DNA from: an uncultured Candidatus Saccharibacteria bacterium
GTDB lineage: Bacteria > Patescibacteriota > SICC01
Direction of reading: 5' to 3'
Assembly: GCA_964525455.1 (NCBI GenBank)
Contig: CAZGHP010000001.1
Coordinates: 8,766 to 72,765, forward strand
DNA: 64,000 bases
Made by a program: the position numbers and the translations under genes. The notes under the pieces were generated by a model. That model searched no databases, was not told the DNA's origin, and saw only the letters and a list, made by a program, of their open reading frames with translations. This document shows positions 37,248-45,678 of the stretch, in pieces (positions within the stretch are counted from its first letter, which is position 1; the number at the start of each line of letters is the position of its first letter).

Positions 37248-38162
37248 ATGAATCCGCTTACCGGCACCGATGTCCTGACCGCATCCCAGTTCGGCCCGGA
37301 CCTTTGCTCGCACCTGTTCGCGGAGGCCCGTCGTATGCGGAAAGCCGTGGATGAACATGGCTCGCTCGACCGCTTGGGGTCGAAGGTCCTGATGAATTTG
37401 TTCTATGAACCGTCCACCCGGACGTCCGCTTCATTCGCGGCGGCGATGCTCCGGCTCGGCGGCAAGGTCTTCCCGATCACCGAGATCAGGTCATCGTCGG
37501 TCTCGAAAGGCGAGACACTGGAGGATACGGTGAAGACGCTCGAGCAGTACGCCGACGTGATCGTGCTCCGGCATCCCGAAGCCGGTTCGGCGCAACGGGC
37601 TTCCCAGATCGCCGATATCCCCATCATCAACGCGGGCGACGGCACCGGCGAGCATCCGACCCAAGCGCTGCTCGACCTCTTCACGATCATCGAGGAAAAG
37701 GGCAGCGCCGACGGTCTCACGATCACGCTGCTCGGTGATCTCAAATACGGCCGTACCGTCCACTCGCTGGCCCGGCTGCTCTCGCAATATGACATCCGCC
37801 TGAACCTGGTGTCGCCGAAGTCGTTGGGGCTCCCGCAGGCGGTGCGGGACGACCTCTCCGTGCCGATCGCCGCGCACGAGTCGCTCGCTGCCGTGCTGCC
37901 GGATACCGACGTGCTGTACGTGACGCGCGTGCAGCGGGAGCGGTTCGCTCGGAAGGCCGATTACGATCGGGCGAAAGGCAGCTATGTGGTGAGTCCGGAG
38001 TCGCTCACCGAAGCGAAGGACGATCTTACGGTGATGCATCCGTTGCCACGCGTGGATGAGATCGACGCGCGGATGGATACCGACCCGCGGGCCGCGTACT
38101 TCCGCGAGGTCCGGAACGGATTGTACGTACGGATGGCGCTGCTGGCGCTCGTGTTGGAATGA
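37248..38162 (+). CDS. pyrB: Aspartate carbamoyltransferase
   Basis: FYEPSTRT, HPTQALLD, GDLKYGRTVHSL, MHPLPR. Confidence 0.97.
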   Translation: MNPLTGTDVLTASQFGPDLCSHLFAEARRMRKAVDEHGSLDRLGSKVLMNLFYEPSTRTSASFAAAMLRLGGKVFPITEIRSSSVSKGETLEDTVKTLEQYADVIVLRHPEAGSAQRASQIADIPIINAGDGTGEHPTQALLDLFTIIEEKGSADGLTITLLGDLKYGRTVHSLARLLSQYDIRLNLVSPKSLGLPQAVRDDLSVPIAAHESLAAVLPDTDVLYVTRVQRERFARKADYDRAKGSYVVSPESLTEAKDDLTVMHPLPRVDEIDARMDTDPRAAYFREVRNGLYVRMALLALVLE

Positions 38163-38878
38163 CCGCCGCTCCGCTGCGACTGGGCAAGTATCTCGCGACG
38201 GCCGGGGTCGCTTCGCGTCGCCGGGCGGTCGAGCTGGTGAAGGCGGGGAAAGTCCGGGTCGCCGGCCGTATCGTGACGGATCCGGCATCCGAAGTGCCGG
38301 CGGGAGCCGCGGTCATGGTCGCTGGAAAAGCCGTTCGGCAGGATCCGCTCCGTTATTATCTCCTTCACAAACCGCTTGGCGTGATCTCGACCGCCGCGGA
38401 CACGCACGGTCGGCAAGCGGTGACGGATTTCGTACCCCGGGGGGTACGGGTGTATCCGGTCGGCCGGCTGGATGCCGACTCTTCCGGCCTGATGCTGCTC
38501 ACCAACGACGGCGAGCTCGCCAACCGCCTGACCCATCCGCGCTACGGCTTGCCGAAGACGTATCGTGCGGTGGTGAAAGGGGCGGTGACGGAGCGGACGC
38601 TTGGGAAGCTGCGCGACGGCGTCCGGCTCCGGGACGGCCGCACGCGTCCGGCGACCGTCCGGCGGCTTGGTGACGTGCCGGGTGGTACGCGTCTTGAGAT
38701 CATCATTCGCGAAGGACGGAACCGCCAAGTCCGGCGGATGGGTGACGCCGTCGGGCATCCGGTCACCACGTTGGTCCGGACGAAGCTCGGCCCGTTATCG
38801 CTGGGGCGGTTGAAACCGGGACAGCACCGGATACTGACCGTCGCCGAGCGTACGGCGCTTCAGGAATCGGCCTCCTGA
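38159..38878 (+). CDS. rluB: RsuA/RluB family pseudouridine synthase
   Basis: S4 domain, YPVGRLD, EGRNRQVRRM. Confidence 0.9.
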   Translation: MTAAPLRLGKYLATAGVASRRRAVELVKAGKVRVAGRIVTDPASEVPAGAAVMVAGKAVRQDPLRYYLLHKPLGVISTAADTHGRQAVTDFVPRGVRVYPVGRLDADSSGLMLLTNDGELANRLTHPRYGLPKTYRAVVKGAVTERTLGKLRDGVRLRDGRTRPATVRRLGDVPGGTRLEIIIREGRNRQVRRMGDAVGHPVTTLVRTKLGPLSLGRLKPGQHRILTVAERTALQESAS

Positions 38879-39414
38879 CCGTCGCCTATACGCAGTTCGA
38901 TCGTGCCGTCCGGATGTTCGAGGACGGCCCACGGCTTGATACCACGTTGCTCAAGCTGCTTCCCCACCCCTCTTGCTTCGTGGATCAGTTCCTCCCGGCG
39001 CAGGTGACGGTCCAGCGCATGGTCGTTCACTCCCGCCACGATCAACGGCACCTCCGGGTGCATCCGCCAGGCGCTGGAGTTATCAATGACGTAGCAGCCG
39101 TCGGCCGCGAACCGGGGAGCCCACTCGCGGGAAACGTCCGCGCCGGCCGAGAAGAGCGCGATGTCGAAACCCTGGCAGTTTCCTGCGGTGAGTTCCTGCA
39201 CCGTAATCAATTCCTTCCGGAACGCGACCATCGTCCCGGCCGAACGCTCGGAGCCGAAGGGGACCAGTTCCCGGACGGGGAAGTTTCGTGCTTCGAGCTG
39301 GCTCAGCATCTCGATACCCACCAGGCCGGTCGCGCCGACGACCGCCACGCGGTACCCCGCGGGTTCCCGTTCGGGGTTCGGTACGGACCGTGCTGGCTCA
39401 GGTGTCTCTGGCAT
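38860..39414 (-). pseudogene. asd: Truncated aspartate-semialdehyde dehydrogenase (NAD-binding domain only, unrelated tail)
   Basis: VAVVGATGLVG, ALFSAG, VIDNSSAWRM..VPL; homology ends before catalytic NPNC. Confidence 0.75.
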
Positions 39415-39468
39415 GAACGGACCAGCATACCGCAAGGACGTGCCGGTCGTGAACCTTCTGACCGTCGC

Positions 39469-39933
39469 TCAGGCCTTCCGGTACCGCCAGGCGAAGGTGA
39501 ATCCGCCGAGGATGAACCCGATCAGGTAGCCGGCGACACCGAGTGAATCGGTCGCCGCGGGTTCGATTAGCCGCATGATGATTTGCACGACGATCACGTA
39601 GGCCGCGATCGAAAACAGAAGCGCCGGTGTGAGCGTGCCGTACTTGCGGATAGTCGGCCAGAGCAGCGCCCAGGCTACGCCGAGAATCGCCCATTCGACG
39701 AAGTGGATTACCGATCCGATCAGCCAATCGGCGCCGAAACCGGGATTCCCGACGGCGTCCGGCCCGAGCACGGCCGCGGAAAGGAACACGCCGAAGTCCG
39801 CCGCGGCACCGCCGCCGAGCGCGCCGATCAGGAGCATCCAGACCCAGACCACCGCCCCGGCATAGACGCCGGTAACCAGTCCCTGGTCGAGCTTGGGCGA
39901 GACCTTCCGTTCGGTCACGTTCACTTGAGGCAT
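39469..39933 (-). CDS. Hypothetical four-TM membrane protein
   Basis: Hydrophobic helices; TATCAT 6 nt before ATG. Confidence 0.7.
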   Translation of the reverse strand: MPQVNVTERKVSPKLDQGLVTGVYAGAVVWVWMLLIGALGGGAAADFGVFLSAAVLGPDAVGNPGFGADWLIGSVIHFVEWAILGVAWALLWPTIRKYGTLTPALLFSIAAYVIVVQIIMRLIEPAATDSLGVAGYLIGFILGGFTFAWRYRKA

Positions 39934-39986
39934 GCTTGTATGATAACGCGCCGGGAGCCCATAAGCACGATATAATCGATAGCGAG

Positions 39987-40060
39987 GCCGATGTAGCTCA
40001 GCTGGCCAGAGCAGTCCCTTCGTAAGGGAAAGGTCGGCGGTTCGAATCCGCCCATCGGCT
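39987..40060 (+). tRNA. tRNA-Thr(CGT)
   Basis: GCCGATG...TTCGTAA...TTCGAAT...CATCGGC; TATAAT upstream. Confidence 0.95.
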
Positions 40061-40073
40061 CAAGGAATCCATC

Positions 40074-40754
40074 GTGGAAACGAAGATCAGGAACATCGTC
40101 CGGGCCCAGCGGATCACCGAGCGGGTGTTCGCGGACGTAGTAAAGACGCTGCGGGTCGGCGTGACGGAGCGGGAGCTGGTCGGACTGATCCACGACCGCG
40201 CAAGAGTCCACGGGGCGAGCGGCCTTTCCTTCGACCCGATCGTTGCGGCGGGTAGCAACGCCGCCAATCCGCATCATCTCGTGCCGGCCGCGCGAAAACT
40301 GAAGAAGGGCGAGTTGGTGATGATCGATCTCGGCTGCCGTTTCGGCGGATATTGCGCGGACATGACCCGGATGATCGCCATCGGCCGGCCGAAGCCGGAA
40401 CTGCGGGACGCGCACCGGGTTGTGCTCCGAGCCCAGGAGGCAGCCATCGCGACCGCCCGCGCCGGCATGACCGGCCGCGAACTCGATGCCGTAGCACGGG
40501 ATATCATCGATCGCGCGGGATACGGCTCGCGGTTCATCCACGCGCTGGGTCACGGGATCGGACGGAAGGTGCATCAGCTTCCGCGCATTTCACCCAAGTG
40601 GAACCGACGGCTCAAGGCCGGCGAGGTCATCACGATCGAGCCGGGCATCTACGTGCCGCGTCAGTTCGGCATCCGGATCGAGGACATGTTGCTGATTACC
40701 CCGCGCGGAGCACGTAACCTCACCCGCACACCGAAGCGGCTCGTCGTCATATAA
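40074..40754 (+). CDS. M24 Xaa-Pro peptidase, catalytic domain only
   Basis: DLG..GYCADMTR, HALGHGIG..VH, TIEPGIY, GIRIED. Confidence 0.9.
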   Translation: METKIRNIVRAQRITERVFADVVKTLRVGVTERELVGLIHDRARVHGASGLSFDPIVAAGSNAANPHHLVPAARKLKKGELVMIDLGCRFGGYCADMTRMIAIGRPKPELRDAHRVVLRAQEAAIATARAGMTGRELDAVARDIIDRAGYGSRFIHALGHGIGRKVHQLPRISPKWNRRLKAGEVITIEPGIYVPRQFGIRIEDMLLITPRGARNLTRTPKRLVVI

Positions 40755-40840
40755 TGGAGCGGTACGCGGGTATCGTATAGTGGCATTACGCGTGCTTCCC
40801 AAGCACGAAAGAGGAGTTCGATTCTCCTTACCCGCTCAAT

Positions 40841-41404
40841 ATGCCCGAGCTAACGTTAAATCCCGAATCCACCGCCCGTGCCGAATACGAATTCTGGCGG
40901 GCGCATGACGATAAGGACCCGAGTCGGCTCCGCTCCGCGCTGGAGCGCTGGACGGGCGAACTGTATGGATTAGAACCGGACGTGTCGGCAGAAGCAGTCG
41001 GGCATCTGTTTGGCGCGGTCGCGGCCCATGATACCCGCGAGTGGGACGCGGCAGTCGAGCACGCCGCGCGATACTATGCGGTCATCGAAAAGCATTCCGG
41101 ACTATCTTTCGATCCGCGCCAGGCGGGGGAGCTTGAGGTAGCTTGGTGGCGCATCCATGACGAACTGGAGCACGAGGCGGACAAAGGGCCATTGGTAGAT
41201 GCGTTCTCCCGGTTGTATGCGGAAGTCTTCGGTGCCCCGGTGGACGCGGTCCGGCAGGCGTGCGAGCTGAAAGCGCAGGCGACCGTGGAGCATGATCGGG
41301 CTGAAGATGATGGGGTGGATCCGGAGCAAGCGGAGCGGCATTGGCACGCTGCCGCGGAGTGCCTCCGCAGCAGCTATACTGCACTGCAGCGTAATTTGAA
41401 TTAG
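40841..41404 (+). CDS. Hypothetical alpha-helical protein
   Basis: Internal W..H repeat (FWRAHD / WWRIHD). Confidence 0.65.
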   Translation: MPELTLNPESTARAEYEFWRAHDDKDPSRLRSALERWTGELYGLEPDVSAEAVGHLFGAVAAHDTREWDAAVEHAARYYAVIEKHSGLSFDPRQAGELEVAWWRIHDELEHEADKGPLVDAFSRLYAEVFGAPVDAVRQACELKAQATVEHDRAEDDGVDPEQAERHWHAAAECLRSSYTALQRNLN

Positions 41405-41433
41405 TACTATGGTTAAGCTATTATTGCTTAATC

Positions 41434-41763
41434 ATGGACGCTGAACACCTTCTATACAGTGGACGATACTCCGGGGATCCGGTCGGAGCCTTGTTGGATG
41501 TGGCATCCGCGGAAGGTAAGCATCCCGGTTTACGACTAAGTGCCGTATATCGTTTAAACGATTGGATCGTGGATATACCCGAGGAACGCGAGGAAGCGAT
41601 TACAGCCTTATCTTTGCTTGCCAGAGACGAATCAGATACTTGGATTAGCTCGGCGGCATTGGATTGCTTGGACGCACTATCCAAGTCATCCCGCGCGGCC
41701 AGCGATACCGAACTTAAACGCCTGCTGTCAGAGGCGATCCACGAAGCCAAAACGGCGAAATGA
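41434..41763 (+). CDS. Hypothetical HEAT-like protein (AT-richer)
   Basis: LRLSAVYRL, D.WISSAALDCL helical repeats. Confidence 0.5.
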   Translation: MDAEHLLYSGRYSGDPVGALLDVASAEGKHPGLRLSAVYRLNDWIVDIPEEREEAITALSLLARDESDTWISSAALDCLDALSKSSRAASDTELKRLLSEAIHEAKTAK

Positions 41764-41805
41764 CCTCCGCTTGGGGCGCCGGCATTCAGCAGGTAAGCTG
41801 AGCAC

Positions 41806-42318
41806 ATGCCCGCCGATAAGATCAGCACCGACGCCGCCAAGCCCGACAAGCTCTTCTATTTCGTGGCGACGGTCATCCCGTACCGCGCGAGCGACGGACG
41901 CTGCCTGATCCTCAAGCGCGACGAACGGGAGAAGGTGCATCCCGGCAAGTGGGCCGTACCGGGCGGCAAGCTCGAGCACGGCGACCTCGACCTTGCCAAT
42001 CCGCCGCGGATGAACGGCGACGTCGCGGACTTTCCCGGCATGGTGGCGGACCTGCTCCGCCGCGAATCGAAGGAAGAGGCCGGGATCGAGCTTGGCAGTG
42101 ACTTCAAGCTGCTCGGCGATGTAGTCTTCGTGCGGCCGGACGGCATCCCGGTGGTGTTGCTCCAGTTCGGAGCGGACTACGCCGGAGGCGACGTGACGCC
42201 GGAGGAAGGCGCGTTCACCGACCACGCCTGGGTGAACGAGAAGGAAGTCCGCGAGTACGACTGTATCGACGGCATCCACGACGAAGTCGCGCGGACGGTC
42301 GCTTTATTTTCTGCGTGA
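41806..42318 (+). CDS. NUDIX hydrolase
   Basis: PGKWAVPGGKLE..RESKEEAGI with insertion in Nudix box. Confidence 0.88.
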   Translation: MPADKISTDAAKPDKLFYFVATVIPYRASDGRCLILKRDEREKVHPGKWAVPGGKLEHGDLDLANPPRMNGDVADFPGMVADLLRRESKEEAGIELGSDFKLLGDVVFVRPDGIPVVLLQFGADYAGGDVTPEEGAFTDHAWVNEKEVREYDCIDGIHDEVARTVALFSA

Positions 42319-42358
42319 CCTGGTTGCCCGTGCACTACCGCTCCGGTAGCGTAAGTAC

Positions 42359-43831
42359 ATGGAGGCACACGAAAAAGTCGTCGGGGAGGGTTTGACCTAC
42401 GACGACGTCTTGCTGTTGCCCGGGCTCTCTACGGTACGGCCACGGGCGGTGTCCACGGAGACCCGTCTTACCCGGAACATCCGTCTGGCGGTACCGCTGG
42501 TTTCAGCGGCGATGGACACCGTCACCGAGTCCGAACTCGCCATCGCCCTCGCGCGCGAAGGCGGCGTCGGCGTATTACATAAGAACCTCACCGTCGAGCA
42601 ACAAGCGGACGAGGTCCGTAAGGTCAAACGCGCCGAATCCGGCCTGATCCGTGACCCGATCACGCTCACGCCGGACGCGACGGTGAGCGAAGCGCGGGCG
42701 ACCATGGCCCGGCACCGCATCGGCGGCATCCCGATCATCGATGCGGACGGCCGGCTTGCCGGCATCGTGACCGACCGCGACCTTCGCTTCGAGCTGGAGA
42801 ACAACCGCACGCTGGCGAGCATCATGACCACGAAGCTGGTGACCGTACCGGAGGGCACGACGCTACAGGATGCCGAAGGACTGCTCCAGAAGCACAAGAT
42901 CGAGAAGCTTCCCGTAGTTGATGCCAAGCGGAAGCTCAAGGGATTGATCACGTTCAAGGACCTTGAGCAAAAGAAGCACCACCCGACGGCCGCCAAGGAC
43001 CTCCAAGGGCGGCTGATGGCTGGTGCGGCGGTCGGCCTGTCCGCGGATGCCGAGCAGCGCGCGGCCGCGCTCGCCGCCGCCGAGGTCGACTTCATCTCGC
43101 TCGATACCGCACACGGCCACACCGACGCCGTACTCAAGCTGACCGAGAAGCTCAAGTCGAACCATTCGGGACTCGAGGTCATCGTCGGGAACGTCGTGAC
43201 CGCCGCCGCGACCAAGGACCTGATCGCCGCCGGCGCCGATGCCGTGAAGGTCGGCGTGGGACCGGGATCGATTTGTACCACGCGGGTGGTCGCCGGCGTA
43301 GGTGCCCCACAGCTCTCCGCGGTGATGGAATGCGCCGCGGCCGCCGAACGCAGCGGCGTACCGGTGATCGCGGACGGCGGTATCAAGCACACCGGTGACA
43401 TCCCGAAGGCGCTCGTCGCTGGCGCGGGGACGGTGATGATGGGCGGCCTTTTCGCCGGCGTCGAGGAAAGTCCCGGCGAGACGGTCATCTATGAAGGCCG
43501 CAAGTACAAGCAGTATCGCGGCATGGGCTCGCTCGGCGCGATGGAGCAGGGTTCGGCCGACCGTTACTATCAGGACGTCGAGGAGGATATCAAGAAATTG
43601 ATTCCCGAGGGTATCGAAGGCCGCGTGCCCTACAAGGGCCGGTTGGCCGAGACGGTCTACCAGATGATCGGCGGCCTCAAGGCGGCGATGGCATATGTCG
43701 GCGCATCGACCGTGCCGGAACTTCGACAGAAAGGCACGTTCGTGCGGATTACCGCATCGGGTCAGGCCGAGTCGCATCCGCATGACGTGACCATCACCAA
43801 GGAATCGCCGAACTATAGCGGCCGCCGCTGA
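42359..43831 (+). CDS. guaB: IMP dehydrogenase
   Basis: SAAMDTVTE, CBS pair, GPGSICTTR, YRGMGS. Confidence 0.98.
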   Translation: MEAHEKVVGEGLTYDDVLLLPGLSTVRPRAVSTETRLTRNIRLAVPLVSAAMDTVTESELAIALAREGGVGVLHKNLTVEQQADEVRKVKRAESGLIRDPITLTPDATVSEARATMARHRIGGIPIIDADGRLAGIVTDRDLRFELENNRTLASIMTTKLVTVPEGTTLQDAEGLLQKHKIEKLPVVDAKRKLKGLITFKDLEQKKHHPTAAKDLQGRLMAGAAVGLSADAEQRAAALAAAEVDFISLDTAHGHTDAVLKLTEKLKSNHSGLEVIVGNVVTAAATKDLIAAGADAVKVGVGPGSICTTRVVAGVGAPQLSAVMECAAAAERSGVPVIADGGIKHTGDIPKALVAGAGTVMMGGLFAGVEESPGETVIYEGRKYKQYRGMGSLGAMEQGSADRYYQDVEEDIKKLIPEGIEGRVPYKGRLAETVYQMIGGLKAAMAYVGASTVPELRQKGTFVRITASGQAESHPHDVTITKESPNYSGRR

Positions 43832-43882
43832 CGAATCGGCGAGTTCGCGCCACTGGCGGGTTCGCGCGGTATACTGGTGGGC

Positions 43883-45670
43883 GTGCTGACCCAGCGCCAG
43901 ATCGATCGTTACGTCGAGCATCCCGGATTTACCGATCCGCGGATTTCGGCGAGCGCGACGCGTCGCACCGTCCCGCCCGATATCTGGCGGGCGCTGGAGA
44001 TGGTGCCGGGGTCCATTACCTGGTCAATCTTCATCAGCAGCGTGCTGTTCTCGATCTTCCTGCCGCCGGTCGTCGCCTATGCGATCCTGCTCTTCGACGT
44101 CTACTGGCTGGTCCGTTCGGTCACGCTCTCGACTAACCTGATCCGGGCCTACCGCCGGCTCCGGCGCGATACCCGCGTGGACTGGCAGAGTCGGATCCAG
44201 GCGCTTGAGCGCAGTATCGACACCTACGCCGCCACGCTCCGGCGGGTGATCCGCCGGCTCGACGACGGATGCGAGGGATTCGATCGCTGGCTCTGGCTGC
44301 GCCAGCTCGGCTTCACTAACCGTCGTTTGGCGCAGGACTACCGTGAACTGCGAGAGGAGTTGGAACAGGTCGAGCAGGCGATCGCCGCTCCGGAACCACT
44401 GCCGCGGGCGTCCCGCATTCATCACCTGGTGGTCGTCGCGACGTATACGGAAGACCTGGAGACGTTGCGCCCGAGCTTCCAGGCGCTTGCCGACGCCGCC
44501 TATGACCAGCAGCGGATGATCGTCGTGCTGGCGACCGAAGAGCGGGACAAGACGCGCGCCCGGGCGAACGCGCGGGTGATCCGCCGGGAATTCGGGAAAC
44601 GGTTCAAGCGGCTGATCGTCACTGAACACCCGGCCAACATCACCGGCGAGGTGAAGGGCAAGGGCTCGAACATCACCTGGGCCGGCCGGAAGGCGGTGAA
44701 GGAGATCGACGCGCTCGGTATCCCGCACGAAGAAGTGATCGTGACGACGTTGGACGCCGACCACCGGCCGCATCCGCAGTACTTCGCGGCGTTGACCTAC
44801 CAGTACCTGCTCACGCCGGACCGCCGTTACCGGACGTTCCAGCCCACGCCGCTCTTCCATAACAACCTCTGGCACACGACGGCGATCAACCGCGTGATCG
44901 CCACCGGCTCTTCGTTCTGGCATATGATCGAGTCCACCCGGCCGTACCGGCTGCGCAATTTCGCGGCGCACGCGCAGGGGCTGCAGACGGTCGTGGATAC
45001 GGACTTCTGGTCGGTGGACACGATCGTCGAAGACGGCCAGCAATACTGGCGGACCTATTTCCGCTACGACGGCCGGCACTTCGTGCAGCCGCTCTACGTG
45101 CCGGTCTACCAGGATGCCGTGCTCGGCGATACCTACCCGATGACGCTCAAGGAACAATACCTGCAGCTCCGTCGCTGGGCATGGGGAGCGTCCGACCTCC
45201 CCTACGCGGTGGTCAACGCGGTTCGGAACCGCCGGATCCCTTGGCCGGAGAAAACGCTGCATCTGGCCCGTTTCGTTGAAGGGCACGTGACCTGGGCCGC
45301 CGCACCGATCCTGATCACCTTCGTCGGGTGGCTCCCGATCCTTCTCTCACCGAGCTTCCGGGAGACCCTGTTCGGCCAGACCCTGGCACCGACGGCCAGC
45401 GCCATCCTCACGCTCGCGCTGGCCGGCATCATCGTGACGATCTTCATCTCGATGCTGCTGCTGCCGCCGAAGCCGCCGGGGTACAAGGAACGCCACCGGT
45501 TGATGCATGTCGCGCAATGGATCCTGATGCCGCTGACGACGATCCTGTTCTCGAGCCTGCCCGCGATCGAAAGCCAGACGCGGCTGATCTTCGGCCGGTC
45601 ACTCGACTTCCGTGTCACTCGGAAAGCGAGCCAGGCGCTCCGGCCGATCGCCAAACGGACCAAGGCCTGA
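43883..45670 (+). CDS. Membrane glycosyltransferase family 2
   Basis: GKGSN, DAD, IVED, QLRRWAWG; multiple TMs. Confidence 0.9.
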   Translation: MLTQRQIDRYVEHPGFTDPRISASATRRTVPPDIWRALEMVPGSITWSIFISSVLFSIFLPPVVAYAILLFDVYWLVRSVTLSTNLIRAYRRLRRDTRVDWQSRIQALERSIDTYAATLRRVIRRLDDGCEGFDRWLWLRQLGFTNRRLAQDYRELREELEQVEQAIAAPEPLPRASRIHHLVVVATYTEDLETLRPSFQALADAAYDQQRMIVVLATEERDKTRARANARVIRREFGKRFKRLIVTEHPANITGEVKGKGSNITWAGRKAVKEIDALGIPHEEVIVTTLDADHRPHPQYFAALTYQYLLTPDRRYRTFQPTPLFHNNLWHTTAINRVIATGSSFWHMIESTRPYRLRNFAAHAQGLQTVVDTDFWSVDTIVEDGQQYWRTYFRYDGRHFVQPLYVPVYQDAVLGDTYPMTLKEQYLQLRRWAWGASDLPYAVVNAVRNRRIPWPEKTLHLARFVEGHVTWAAAPILITFVGWLPILLSPSFRETLFGQTLAPTASAILTLALAGIIVTIFISMLLLPPKPPGYKERHRLMHVAQWILMPLTTILFSSLPAIESQTRLIFGRSLDFRVTRKASQALRPIAKRTKA

Positions 45671-45678
45671 CGCCGGGT

